Assembly: GCF_009914755.1 (NCBI RefSeq)
Contig: NC_060938.1
From: the human T2T-CHM13v2.0 reference genome, Homo sapiens
Direction: 5' to 3' (one strand)
Length of the DNA: 64,000 nucleotides
Within the stretch, counting starts at the first letter, position 1, and each line of letters begins with the position of its first letter. Of this stretch, positions 1 to 15,800 are shown one piece after another. The translations under genes and the position numbers were made by a program. The notes under the pieces are model-generated. The model did not search any database, was not told the DNA's origin, and saw nothing but the letters and a program-made list of their open reading frames with translations.

Positions 1-3000
1 ATTCAAGTCCATTCCATTCCATTACAGTCCATTCCATTTCATTCGGGTCCTGTCTGTTCCATTCCATTCGAGTCTTTTCCATTCCATTCACTTCCATTGC
101 CTTCCATTCCATTTGAGTCCATTCCATTCCATTTGAGTCCATTCCATTCCATTCCATTTTAGTCTATTCCATTGCATTCATTTCCATTCCATTTTAGTCT
201 ATTCCATTCCATTCCTTTCCATTCCATTCAATTCCATTCCATTCCTTTCAAGTCCATTCCATTCCATTCCATTCGAGTCCATCCCTTTCCAGCCCATTCC
301 ACTCGAGTCCATTACATTCCGTTTCATATTCCATTGCACTCCAGTTGATTCCATTCCATTCCATTCCATTCGACGGCATTCCTTTCCATTCGAGTCCATT
401 CCATTCCATTCAAATCCATTCCATTCCATTCCAGTTCATTCTATTCTATTACAGTCCACTCCATTCCATTCCATTAGGTTCCAGTGCATTCCATTCCATT
501 CGAGTCTTTTCCACTCCATTTGAATCCATTGCATTTCATTCGATATGAGTCCAATCCATTCCATTCCATTCGAGTACATTCAATTCCATTCCATTCCATT
601 CCATTCGAGTCCAGTCCATTCCATTCCATTCCTTTCGGGTCCATTCCATTCGAGTCCATTCCTTTCCAGTCCATTCCACTCGAGTCCATTCCTTTCCATT
701 CCATATTCCATTCCACTCTACTCCATTCCATATTCCATTCCACTCGAGTTGATTCCATTCCATTCCACTCCCTTCAAGGGGATTCCTTCCAATTGGAGTC
801 CATTCCATTCCATTCCATTCGAGTACATTCCATTCCAATCCTTTTGAATCCATTCAATTCAATTGAATTCCCTTCAAATCCGTTCGAATTCATTCCTTTA
901 CATTCCATTCTATTCGAGTCCATTTCATTCCATTCCATTCCATTCCATTCCATTCAGGTCCACTTCATTCCATTACATTCCTTTCCATTCGAGTCCATTC
1001 AATTCCATTCCATTCCATAAGAATCCATTCCATTCCATTCCATTCGACTCCATTCCATTCCATTCCATTAGAGTCCGTTCTGTTCTATTCCATTTGAGAC
1101 CACTGCATTTCATTGCATTCCATTCCATTCCAGTCCATTCCTTTCGGGTCAGCTCAATTCAACTGCATTCCATTTCTGTCCATTCCATTGCATTCCATTC
1201 CATTCCAATCCATCCCATTCCATTCCGTTCCACTCCATACCTTTCGAGTCCATTCCATTCCATTCCATTCGAGTACATTTCATTCAATTACATTCCATTC
1301 CATTGGAGTTCATTCCACTCCATTACATTAAATTCCATTCAAGTCCATTCAATGCCATTCCATTTCATATGAGTCCATTCTACTCCATTCCGTTCAAGCC
1401 AATTCCATTCCATTCGATTCCATTCCATTCCATTTTATTCAAGTCCATTCCATTCCGTGCTATTCCATTTGAGTCCACTCCATACCATTCCATTCGAGTC
1501 CATTCCATTCAAACCCATTCCAATCAAGCCCATTCTATTCCATTCCATTATTTTCCATTCCATTCCATTCCATTCCATTTGAGCCCAATCCATTCCATTG
1601 CATTCAATTCAACTCCATTCCATTCGGGTCCATTCCCTTCAATTCCATTCGAGTCAAATCCATTCCATTCCTTCGAGTCCATTCCATTGCATTCCATTCC
1701 ATTCGAGTCCATTCCATTCCATTCTGTTGGATTCCATTCCATTGTATTCCATCCAACTCCTTTCGAGTCCATTCCATTCCATTCCATTCGAGTCTATTCC
1801 ATTCAAGTCCATTCCATTCCATTCTATTAGTGTCCATTCCATTAAAATTCCATTTTATTGCATTTGAGTTCATTGCATTCCAATCCATTCCATTCGTGTC
1901 CATTTCATTCCATTCAAGTCCATTCCATTGCATTTCATTCGAATCCATTCCGTTCCATTCTATTGCATTCAAGACCATTCCATTGCATTCCATTGGAGTC
2001 AATTCCATTAAATTCCAATTTATTCCACTCGAGTCCATTCCATTCCATTCCATTCGATTCCTGGCCTTTCCATTCCATTGGATTCCATTCCATTCCATTC
2101 CTTTTGAATTCCTTCCATTCCATCCCACTCTATTCCATTCATGTCCATTCCAATCCATAGCATTCCATTCCATTCCATTCAATTCCATTCCATTTCATTC
2201 AATTCCATTCTATTCCATTCCATTCCATTCGGTTCCATTCCCTTTCATTCCATTTGAGTGCATTCCATTCCATTCCACTCCATTCGGGTCCATTCCATTC
2301 CATCCCTTTCGAGACCATTCCATTCCATTCCATTCCATTCGAGCCCATTCCATTCCATTCCATACGAGTCCATTCCATAACATTATATTCCATTCGATTC
2401 GAGTCCACTAAATTCCTTTCCATTCCATTCGAGTCCTTTCCACTCCATTACATTCGAGTCCATTCCATTCCATTCTATTCGAGTCCATTCCTTTATATTC
2501 CATTCGAGTCAATTCCATTCCATTCCATTCCGTTCGAGTGCATTCCATTCCATTCCATTCCACTCCATTCCTATCCATTGAGTCCATTCCTTTCCATTAC
2601 ATTCCTTTCGAGTGCTTTTGATTCTATTACATTTCATTCGGGTAGATTTCATTCCATTCCTTTCGAGTCCATTCAATTAAATTCCATTCCATTCGAGTCC
2701 ATGCCACTCCATTCCATACGAGTCCATTCCATTCTTCTCCATTCCATTCGAGTCCATTGCATTCTATTCAATTCGAGTCCATTCTTTTCCATTCCATTCG
2801 AGTCCATTCGATTCCATTATATTCCATTTGAGTTCATTCCATTCAATTGCGTTCCACTCGAATCCAATCCATTCCATTGGAGTCCACTCCATTCCATTCC
2901 ATTCTGTTCCATTTGAGTCCATTCCATTCCATTTCATTCGTGTCTATTCCATTCCAAACCGTTCCATTCGAATCCATTCCGTTCCATTCCATTCCATTCG

Positions 3001-3800
3001 AGTCCATTCCATTCAATACCATTCCATTTGAGTCTATACCTTTCCATTCCATACTACTCGAGTACATTCCATTCCATTCCATTCCTTTCCTTTCAGGTCC
3101 ATACCATTCAATTCCATTCGAGTCAAATCCATTCCATTCCATTCGATTCCATTCCTTTGCATTCCATTCCATCCCTTTCGAGACCATTCAATTCCATTCC
3201 ATTCCATTCGAGCCCATTCCATTCCATTCCATTCGAGTCCATTCCATAGCATTCCTTTCCATTCGAGTACATTCCATTCTATTCCATTAGATTCCATTCC
3301 ATTCCATTCCACTGGACTCCAATCCATTAGAATCCATTCCATTAAATTGCGTTCCTTTCCATTCGAGTTCATTCCATTCCATTTTAGTCCATTCAATTCC
3401 ACTCCATTGGAGTCCATTCCATTCCATTCTATTCTATTCAAATCCAATCAATTCCATTCCATTCCATTACAGTCCATTCCGTTCGGTTCCAGTCCATTCC
3501 ATTCCATTCCATTCGAGTCTTTTCTATTCCTTTCGAGTACATTGCATTCCAATCCATTCGAGTCCATTCCATTCCATTCCATTCGAGTCCATTCCGTTCA
3601 ATTCCTTTCGATTCCATTTGAGTCCATTCCATTCCATTCTATTACTTTTGGGTCCATTCCATTCCAATCCATTGGTGTCCATTCCATTCCAGTCCTGTCC
3701 ATTCGATCCCACTCCATTTATTCCACTCCATTCCATTCCATTCCATTCCACTCGATTCCATTCCATTTGAATCAATTCCTTTTGAGTCCATTTCGTTCCT
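1..3800 (+). repeat. HSat3 sub-compartment A: CATTC with frequent ATTCGAGTCC units and few CACTC runs
   Basis: ATTCGAGTCC(ATTCC) recurs every few tens of bp, and long CCACT runs are essentially absent before ~3,820. Boundary placed by eye. Confidence 0.7.
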
Positions 3801-6800
3801 GTTCATTCCATTCCATTTCAGTCCACTCCACTCCTTTCCACTCAAATCCACTCCACTCCACTCCACTCCGTTCCATTGCATTCCACACCAGTCCCCTCCT
3901 CTCCACTCCACTCCACTGTGTTCGATTCTATTCCTTGCCATTCTCTTTCATTCCACTCTGTTCCATTCCACTACCCACCACTCCATTCATTTCTGTTGCA
4001 CCCCATTCCATTCCACTCCAATCCACTGCACTCCACTCCACATCATCACATTCCATTCAATTCCATTCGATGCTATTTGATTTCATTCCATTCAATTCCA
4101 TTCCATTCAATTCCATGGCATTCAATTCCATTCCTTTTGATTCAATTCCATTCCATTCCAATTTATTCGAGTCCATTCTGTTCCAGTGCATTCCATTGGA
4201 GTTCATTGCATTCGCGCCCACTCCATTCCACTCCATTCCATTTGAGTCCATTCCATTCTAGTCCATTCCATTGCACTCCATTCCTTTACATTGCATTCCA
4301 TTCCACTCCATTCCATTTCATTCCACTCCACTCCATACCACTCCCCTCCTCTCCTTTCCATTCCACTCCATTCCACTCCTTTCCACTCCACTCCCCTCAA
4401 TTCAATTCCACCCCACTCCACTCCACTCCAATCCGTTACATTCCTTTCCATTCCTCTCCATTCTGCTCATCTCGTATCCACTCAACTGCACTCCACTCCA
4501 CTTGAGTCCATTCCATTCCACTCAACACCATTTCTCTCCTCTCCACTCCACTCCACTCCACTCCACCCTATTCCATTGCATTCCTCTCCACTCCACTCCA
4601 GTGCACTCTGTTCAATTCCATTCCTTCCCATTCCATTCAATTTCACTACATTCTACTGAACTCACGCCACTGCATTCAATTCCATTCCACCCCATTCCAT
4701 TCCAATGCATTCCAAACCAATCCACTCCACTTCACCGCATTCCATTTGAATCCATTCGATGCCATTTGATTCCATTCCATTCGATTCCATTCCATTGGAT
4801 TCCATTCCATGCGATTGTGTTCCATTCCATTCAATGCCATTCGATTCCTTTCCATTGGATTCCATTCCATGCGATTGTGTTCCATTCCATTCAATGCCAT
4901 TCGATTCCATTCCATTGGATTCCATTCAATTGGATTCCATTCCACTCGATTCCGTTCCATTTGATTCCATTCGGGTCCATTCCATTCGAGTCCATTCAAT
5001 TCCAATCCATTCCATTCCATTCCACTCCAGTCCACTCCACTTCCTTAACCGCATTCCACTCGATTCCATTCGATGCCATTTGTTTCCGTTCCATTGGATT
5101 CCGTTCCGTTGGCTACCATTCCATTCGATTCTACTCCATTCCATTCCGTTCCATTCGATTCCCTTCCATTCGGTACCATTCCGTTTGAGAACTTTCCATT
5201 TGAGTCCATTCCATTCCATTCCATTCCATTCCATTGCATTCCACTCCAGTCAACTCCACTGAACTCTACTCCTTACTATTTCATTCCTTCCCATTGCATT
5301 CCATTCCACTGCATTCCACTCCACTCCAGTCCATTCAAATTCATTCCACCGCATTCCTTTCCACTATACTCCTCTGCACTCCACTCCACTTCACCACATT
5401 CCATTTGATTCCATTCGAAGCCATTTTATTCCATTCCTTTTGATTACATTCAATTCGATTCCATTCCATTCGAGTCCATTCCATTGGAGTCCATTCCATT
5501 TGAGTACATTCCATTCCATTCCATTCCAATCCACTGGATTCTTTTCCATTACATTCCACTCCACTCCTCTCCACTCCATTCAATTTCATTCCTTCCCATT
5601 CCATTCCACTCCACTCCATTCCCCTCCACTCCACTCAATTCCACTTCATTCCACTCAAATCTACTCCATTCCATTCCATTCCAATCCACTCCACGCCAAT
5701 CCACTCCATTACACTCCAGTCTATTCCATTTCATTCCATTGCATTACACTCCAGCCCACTCCACTGCACTCCATTCAATTCCATTCCTTCCCATTCCATT
5801 CCATTCCACTCTATTTCACCCCACTCCAATCCACTCCATTAAATTCCATTCCACCCCTTTCCATTCCACTACCTGCCACTCCAATCTTGTACAATCCACT
5901 CCATTCTATTCCATTCCTTCCAATTCCATTACATTTCACTCCATTCCACTCAACTTCACCCCACTTCACAGCATTCCATTCAATTCCATTCAATGCCATT
6001 GGATTCCATTCCATTCGATTGCATTCCATTTGATTGCATTCCATTTGATTCCATTTCATCCGATTCCATTCCATTCGATTCCATTCCTTTTGAATCCATT
6101 CTATCCGCGTCCATGCCAATCGACTCCATTCCATTCCAGTCCATTCCATTGCAGTCTGTTCCAATCCATTCCATTCCATTTCAAACCACTGCACTCCACT
6201 CCACTCCATGCCATTGCACTCAATTCTATTCCATTCGTTTCCGTTTCACTCCATTAAACTCCACTCCACTCCACTCCACACCACTTCACTCCATTCCACT
6301 GCGTTCCACTCCATTCCAATTTGTAGCATTCCTTTCCATTCAATTCCGCAGCCTTCCATTCCACTTCACTGCACTCAACTTCTTTCCATTCCATTCCATT
6401 CCTCTCTACTCCACACCACTCCATTACAATTCCATTCCACTCCATTCCATTCCACTCCATTCCACTCCATCCACTCCACTTCACCGCAATCCTATCAATT
6501 CCATTCGATGCCAATCGATTCCGTGCCATTGTGTTCCGTGCCATTTTGTTCCATGCCATTCGATTCCACTCCATTCCATTCCTTTCAGTTCCATTCCATT
6601 GCATTCCACTATATTCCTTTCCATTCCACTCCATTCCATTCCATTCCATTCCACTGCACTCCATTCCATTGCACTCAACTCCACTACACTCCATTGAACT
6701 CCATTCCACTCCGTTTCACTCCAGTCCACTCCACTCAATTCCGCTACATTACACTCCACTCCAATCCACTCCAGTACACTCCAATCCATGAAAATCCATT

Positions 6801-9800
6801 CCATTCCATTCCACTGAATTTCACTTTACTCTACTCCACTCCACTTAAGTGCATTTCATCCCACTCCACTCGAATCCACTCCAATCCATTCCACTCCACT
6901 CCACTCAATTCCATTCCACTCCATTCCATTCCATTCCATTCCATTCCATTCCATTCCATTCCATTCCATACCACTCCTTTCCACTCCACTCCACTGCACC
7001 GTATTCCATTTGATTCCAGTCGATGCCATTTGATTCCATTCCATTTGATTCCATTCCATTTGATTCCATTCCATTTGATTCCATTCCATTCGAGTCCATT
7101 CCATTCCAGTCCATTCCATTAGAGTCCATTCCATTTGAGTCCATTCCCTTCAAGTCAATTCCTTTCCATTCCTTTCCATTCCATTCCACACCATTCCATT
7201 TCATTTCACTGCATTCCTTTTCATTCCAATCCAATTCACTCCACTTCACTGCACACCACTCCTTTCAAATCCATTCCACTCCACTCCACTGCAATCCACT
7301 CCATTAAACTTCACGCAACTCCACTCTACTCCATTCCATTCCTTTAAATTCCACTCCATTCCTTTCCACTCCATTCCACTTCACTCCCCTCCAGTCCACT
7401 CAACTCCACTCCACTTGTGTGAATTCCCTTCCACTCCACTCAAATCCACTATATTACACTCCATTCGAATCCACACCACTAAACTACATTCCACTCCATT
7501 CCTCTCCACTCAATTACTTTCCATTCCATTGCATTCCACTCCACTCCAATCCTCTCCACTCCATTCCATTCCATTGCATTCCATTGCTCTCCAATCTACT
7601 CCTCTCCACTCCATTCCATTCCAACCCATTCCATTCCACTCCATTCCACTCCACTCCACTTCACTGCACTCCATTTGATTCCATTCGATGCCATTTGATT
7701 AAATTCCATTCGATTCCATTCCATTCGATTCCATTCCACATGATTCCACTCCGTTTGATTCCATTCCATTCCATTCCATTCCATTCTTTTCCATTCGATT
7801 ACTTTCCATTCCAGTACGTTGCATTCCATTCCATTCCGTTTCATTCCATTCCAATCCAATCCACTTTTCTCCACTCCACTCCATTGCATTCCATTTCAAG
7901 GCACTCCATTGCACTCCACTCCATTAAATTCCATTCCTTTTCATTCCATGCCATTCCACTCCTTTCCACTCCACTCTACTCCTTTCCATTCCATTCCGCA
8001 CCATTCCATTGCACTCCTTTCCACTCCACTCCCCTCCAATTCACCGCATTCCTTTTGATTCCATCCGATGACATTCGATTCCTTTTCAATCGTATCCACT
8101 CCATTCCATTCCATTCCTTTCAATTCCATTCCAGTTGATTCCACTCCATTCTATAACATTTCTTTCCATCCGATTCCTTTCCATTTGATTACATTCCATT
8201 CCAGTCCATTCCATGCCATTCCATTCCATTTCATTCCATTTCACCCTACTCCACTCCACTCCACTCCACTGCACTCCACTCCATTAAATTCCATTACTTC
8301 CCATTCAATTCCATTCCAATCAAATCCGCTCCACTCCATTCTATTCCTTTCCAAACCATTGTTTGCACTCCATTCAACTGCAATCCACTCCACTTCACCG
8401 CATTCCATTCAATTCCATTCACTGCCATTCGATTCTATTCCATTCGATTCCCTTACAATCGAGTCCATTCCATTCCAGTCCATTCCATTCCAGTTCATTC
8501 CATTCTAGTCCATTCCATTCCAGTTCATTCCATTCGAGTCCATTCCATTCAAGTCCATTCCATTCGTGTCCATTTGATTGCATTCCATTCCATTCCATTC
8601 CATTCCATTCCATTCCGTTCCATTCCAGTCCAGTCCTGTGAATTCCATTCCATGTTTTCCACTCCATTCCATTCCATTCCCTTCCCTTCCATTCCATTCC
8701 ATTCCATTCCATTGCATTCCTTTTCACTAAACTCCACTCTGTTCCATCACATTCCTTCCCATTCCAATCCACTCCATTCCACTCGACTCCATTAATTTCA
8801 GTTCCACCCCATTCCATTCCACTCCATTCCACTCCACTCCATTCTGCTTCACCGCATTCCGTTCGATTCCATTAGATGCCATTCAATTACATTCCTTTTG
8901 ATTCCTTTCCATTCCATTTCATTCCATTCCATTCAATTCCATTCCACTTCACTCCATTCCATTCCACTTCACTCCATTAAATTCCACTCCTCTCCACTGC
9001 ATTCCACTCCATTCCACTCCATTGCATGCCACTCCATTCCATTCCATTCCATTCCATTCCACTCCATTCCATTCTGTTCCATTCCGTTCCACTCCGTTCC
9101 ATTCCATTCCATTCCGTTCCATTCCGTTCCATTCCATTCCACTCCATTCCACTCCATTCCATTCCATTCCATTCCACTCCACTTCACTCCATTCCACTCC
9201 ATTCCACTCCATTCCGTTCCATTCCATTCCATTCCACCACATTCCATCCCATTCCATTCCACTGCACTCCATTCAACTGCACTGTATTTCATTTGATTCC
9301 TGTCGATGCCATTTGATTCCATTCCATTCGATTCCACTCTATTCATGTCCCTTCCATTCCAGTCCATTCCATTAGAGTCCATTCCGTTTGAGTCCATTCC
9401 ATTTCATTCCTTTCAGTTCCATTCCATTCCACTCCATTCCATTCCGTTGCCCTACACTCAATTCCATTCCACTCCACTCCATTTCACTTCATTCCACACC
9501 ACTCCATTCCACTCCACTCCACTCCACTGCATTCCATTCCATTCAATTCCACTCCATTCTATTCCACTCCATTCCACTCCATTCCATTCAACTGCATCCC
9601 ACTCCATTCAACTGCATTCCATTTCATTTGATTCCATTCCATTCCATTCCCTTCCACTCCACTCCATTCCTTTCAATTAATTTCTGTCCCATTCCATTCC
9701 TTCATATTCCATTCCATTTCATTCCATTCCACTCCTCTCTTCTCCACTCCATTCAACTCCATTCCACCCCATTCCATTCAACTCCATGCCACTCCACTGC

Positions 9801-12800
9801 CCTCCAGTGGACCACATTCCATTCGATTCCACTTGATGCTGTTCGATTCCATTCCATTCAATTCCACCCTATTCTATTTCATTCCATTCAACTCCATTCC
9901 ATTCCATTCCATTGCGTTAAATTCCATTAAATTTTATTCCGTTGCATTCGAGTCAATTCCATTCGATTCTATTTCCTTCCATTCCATTCCATTCCTTTCC
10001 ATTCCATTCCATTCCATTCCATTCTACTGCACTCCACTCCAATCCTCTGGACTCCACCCCATTCAATACCATTCCATTCCATTCCATTCCATTCCATTCC
10101 ATTCCATCCCGTTTCATTAAATACCACTCCATTCCATTCCACTCCACTCCACTCCACTACAATCCACTCCATTCCTCTCAATTCCATTGCACTCCATGCC
10201 ATTCCACTCCACGACATTCCTTTCAATTAATTTCTGTCCAATTCCATTCATTCCCATTCCATTCCATTACATTCATTTCCACTCCGCTCCTCCCCATGCC
10301 ATTCAACTCCATTCCACCCCGTTCCATTCCACTCCATTCCACTCCACTGCACTCCAGTGGACCACATTCCATTCGATTCCATTTGATGCCGTTCGATTCC
10401 ATTCCATTCGATTCCACCCTATTCTATTCCATTCCATTCGATTCCATTGGATGACATTCGATTCCATTCCATTCGATTCCACTCTATTCTATTCCATTCC
10501 ATTAGATTCCATTCCATTCAATTCCATTGCGTTCAATTCCAGTAATTTCTATTCCGTTTCGTTCGAGTCCATTCCATTCGAGTCTATTTCATTCTATTCC
10601 ATTCCATTCCTTTCCATTCCATTCCATTCCATTCTACTGCACTGCACTCTAATCATCTGGACTCCACCCCATTTAATACCATTCCATTCCATCCTGTTTC
10701 TTTTAATACCACTAAATTCCATTCCACTCCACTCCACTCCACTCCACTACAATCCACTCCATTCCACTCCATTCCATTCCACTCCATGCCATTCCATTCC
10801 ACTGCAATCCAATCCAAACCACTCCACTCCATTCCATTCCTTTCCTCTCCATTCCACTCCATTCCATTCCATTCCATTCCACTCCACTCCACTCCGTTCC
10901 ATTCCATTCCAATCCATTCCATTCCGTTCCATTCCACTCCATTCAATTCCATTCCATTCCTCTCCATTCCGTAGCACTCCATTTCACTCCATGCAATTGC
11001 ATTTCATTTCGTTTGATTCCATTCCAACCCATTCCCTTCTAGTCCTCTCCACTAAGTTCAATTCCTTTCTGTCCCATTCCATTCCTTCCCATTCCACTCC
11101 ATTCCACTCCATTTCACCCTGCTCCTCTCCACTCCCTTCAATTCCATTCCACCCCATTCCATTCCACTCCATTCCACTCCTGTGCACTCCAGTGGACTGC
11201 ATTCCGTTCAATTCCATTCATTGCCATTCGATTCCATTCCATTCGATTCCACTCCATTCCATTCCATTCCATTCCATTCCATTCCATTCCATTCCATTCC
11301 ATTAGATTCCATTGCATTCAGTTCCATTAAATTCGATTCCGTTCCATTCGAGTCCATTCAATTCCATTTCATTCCATTCTATTCTGTTCCACTCCACTCC
11401 ACTCCATTCACCTCCACTCTACTTCACTCCAATCCTTTCCATTCCATTCTTTTCCTTTTCATTCCATTCCATTCCACTCCATTCCATTCCATTCCAGTCT
11501 ATTGCATTCCACTCCACTCCACTGCACTCCAATCCATTCCACTCAACTCCAATCCATTCCATTTCCTTTCATTCCACTCCACTCCACTCCACTCCGTTGA
11601 ATTCCATTCCTTCCCATTCCATTCCACTCAATTCCTCTTCACTCCATTCAATTCCATTCCACCACAATCCTTTCTACTCCATTCCACTCCACACCTCCTC
11701 ATTTCACCACATGCCTTTTGAATCCATTTGATGCCATTCGATTCTGCTCTCTTTGATTCCATTCCTTTCGATTCCATTCCTCTCTATTCCATTCCATTCG
11801 ATTCCATACCATTAGATTCCTTTCCTTTCGAGTCCATTCCATTCCAGTCCATTTCATTCCAGCCCATTCCATTCGAGTCCATTCCATTCCATTCCATTCC
11901 ACTACACTCCATTCGATTCCATTCCATTCCATTCACTTCCACTGCATTCCATTCCACACCACTCCAATTTACTGCACTCCACTGCACTAAATTCCATTCC
12001 ATTCCTCTCCACCATATTCCATTCCACTGCATTCCATTCCACTCCATTCCTTTTTAACCCACTCAACTCCACTCCATTTCACTCCACTCCACTCCATTCC
12101 ATTCCATTGCATTCCATTACACTCCATTCCTCTCCTCCCCACTCCACTCCACTCCATTCCACTCCACTCCACTCCATTCCATTCCATTGCATTCCATCCC
12201 ACACCACTCAACTCCATTCCATTCCATTCCCTTCCATTCCATTCCACTCCAGTCCATTCCATTTCACACCATTCCATTCCACTACATTCCACTCCACTCC
12301 ACTACACTATATTCTACTCCACTCCACTCCGTTCCATTCCACTCCACTCAATTCCACTACAATCCACTCCACTCCAGTCTACTCCATTCCATTCCATTCC
12401 ATTGCATTCCTCTCAACTCCACTGCACTTCTCTGCATTCCTTTGGATTCCATTCTATGCCATTCCATTCCACTCCATTTCATTCCATTTCATTTGATCCC
12501 ATTCTATTTATCCCATTCCATTCAATTCCATTCCATTCGATTCCTTTCCCCTCGACTCCAATCCATTCCTGTCCATTCCATTCCAGTCCGTTCCTTTCCA
12601 TTGCATTCCATTCGAGTCCATTCCATTCCATTCCATTCTATTCCATTCCAATCCTTTCCATTCCATTTCATTCCACTCTACTCCACACCATTACATTCTA
12701 TTCCTTTCCTTTCCATTCTATTCCACTCCCCTCCGCTCCTCTCCACTGAAGTCCTTTCTACTCCATTCCAATCCACTCCATTCCATTATGTTACATTCCA

Positions 12801-15800
12801 TTGCATTCCACTCTTTTCCACTCCACTCCTCTTCACACCAATCCATTGCATTCCAAGGCACTCCACTCCATTCAATTCTATTCCTTCCCATTCATTTCCA
12901 TTCCACTCCATTAAACTCCACTCCACTGCATTCCATTCCATTTCACCCCATTCCTTTCCACTCCATTTCACTCCACTCCACTCCACTTCACCGCATTCCA
13001 TTCCCCTCAATTCGATGACATTCAATTCCACTCTATTCAATTGCATTTCATTCGATTCCATTCCATTCGATTCCATTGTATTCAAGTCCATTCCATTGGA
13101 TTCCATTCCTTTCGAGTCCATTCCATTCGATTCGATTCCATTCCATTCCATATCATTACACCGCACTCCATCCCACTCCACTTCACTCCACTCTATTCCT
13201 CTTCAATCCATTCTATTCTATTCCACTCCATTCCACTCCACTCCATTCCACTTGAGTCCATTCCATTCCACTCCACTCCATTCCACTCAACTCCACTCCA
13301 CTTGAGTCCCTTCCATTCCACTCCACTCCAATACACTCCACTCCACTCCTCTCCTTTTAATTCCATTCGTTGCCTTTACATTCCATTCCACTGCATTCCA
13401 CACCACACCACTCCATTCAATTCCATTCCACCCCATTTCATTTCACTCCATTCCACTCCACTCCACTCCACTTCACCGCATTCCATTCAATTCCATTCGA
13501 TGCCATTCAAATCCTTTCCATTCGACTCCATTCCATTTGATTTCATTCCATTCGATTCCATTCCATTCTTTTCCATTCTTTTCGATTCCATTCCATGCAA
13601 TTCCATTCAATTCGAGTCCATTCCATTCAAGTTGATTCCTTTCCAGTCCATTCCATTCCATTCCAGTCCATTTCACTCCGTTCCACTCCACTGCACTCCA
13701 TTTCACTAAACTCCACTCCACTCAACTTCACCACATTCCTTTCGTTTCCTTTTGATGCCATTCTATTCCTTTCCATTCGGTTCCACTCCATTCGATTCCA
13801 TTCCATTTGATTCAATTCGATCTGATTCCAATCCATTCGATTCCATTCCATTAGATTTTATTCCATCCAAGTCCATTCCGTTCCAGTCCATTCCATTCGA
13901 GTCCATTCCATTGGATTCCATTCCATTCCATTTGAATCCATTCCATTCAATACCATTCCATTCCAGTCCATTGCATTCGTGTCCATTCCTTTCCATTCCA
14001 TTCCATTCTGTTCCATTCCATTCCACTCAACTCCACTCAACTGCACTCCATTCCATTCCATTCCATTGCGTTCCACTCCATTCCACTGAATTGCATGCAT
14101 TTAATTCCATTCCTTCCCATTCCATTCCACTCCACTCCACTCCATTCCACTCCACTCCACTCCACCTCATTCCACTCCACTCCACTCCACCCCATTCAAA
14201 TCCCTTCCACCACATTCTATTCCAGTCCACTCCACTCCACTTCAGCGCATTATATTCAATTTCATTCGATGCCATTCGACTCCCTTTCATTCGATTACAT
14301 TCCATTGAATTCCATTTCATTCTTTTCAATTCCATCCAATTCCATTTCATTTGACTCCATTCCACTCGAGTACATTCCATTCCAGTCCTTTCCATTTGAT
14401 TCCGTTCTTTTCCCCTCCATTCAATTCCATTCCTTCCCATTCCACTCCACTTGACTCCAATATGCTCCACAACACTCCACTCCATCCTATTCCATTCCAT
14501 TCTATTCCACTCCCCTGCACTTCACTCCACTCCATTCCTTTCCATTGCACTCCACCCCATTCCACTGCACTCCACAACGTTCAACTCCATTCCATTCAAC
14601 TCCACTCCACTCCATTCCAATCCAGTCCACTCCTCTGCATTCCATAACACTCTATTGCATTCCACTCTACTCCACTCCATTTCACTGCACTCCACTCCAC
14701 TCTATCGTTTTACACTCCACTCCATTCAATTCCCTCCCTTCCCATTCCAATTAATTCCACTCTATTCCAGTCCACTCCACTCCACTCCGTTCAATTCCAT
14801 TCCCCCCATTCATTTCCAATCTATTCCTTTCCACTCCACTTCACCGCATTCCATTTGATTCAAGGCGAATCCATTCGATTCCATTCCACTCAATTCCATT
14901 CCATTCGATTCCATTCCATTTGATTCCATTCCATTTGAGTCCATTCCATTCCAGTCCATTCGATTCGATTCCATACCTTTTCACTGCATTCTATTCCTGT
15001 CATTTCCATTTCAGTCCATTTCATTCGACTCCATTAGATTCGATTCCACTCCATTCCATTCCATTGCATTCCATGCCACTCCATTCCACTCCATTCCATT
15101 CCATTCCGTTTTCTTCCATTATTATACCCTCAACTCCATTCCATTCCTATCCATTCCATTCCCTTCCATTCCACTCCACTCCACTCCATTCCATTCCATT
15201 CCATTCCATTCCATTCTTCTCCACTCCAATTCACTCCACTCCACTTCACGCCTCTCCATTTCATTCCATTCCATTCCATTCCACTGCACTCGCCTGCATT
15301 CCATTCCATTCCATTCCACTCCATGCCATGCCATTCCATTCCATTCCACTTCATTCCCTTACTTTCCATTCCACTCCATTCTAATCCACTCCTCTCCACT
15401 CCACTCCACTCCATTCGACTGTACTATCTTCCATTCCATTCCATTGCATTCCACTCCACTACATTCCACTCCACTCCACACTGTTCAATTACAACCTTCC
15501 CTTTCCGTTCCTTTTTATTACATTCCACTCCAATCCACTCCACTCCACTCCATTCACTTCCATTCCTCCCTATTCAAATCCACTCCATTCCACTGCACTC
15601 CACTCCACTTCACCACATTCTATTCGATTCCATTTGATGCCATTCCATTCCATTCCACTGGATTCCGTTCCATTCCAGTCGATTCCATTCCATTTGATTC
15701 CGGTCCATTCGAGTCCATTCCATTAGAGTCCATTACATTCCAGTCCATTCTGTTCGAGTCCATTCCATTCCAGTCCATTCCACTCGAGTCCATTCCATTC

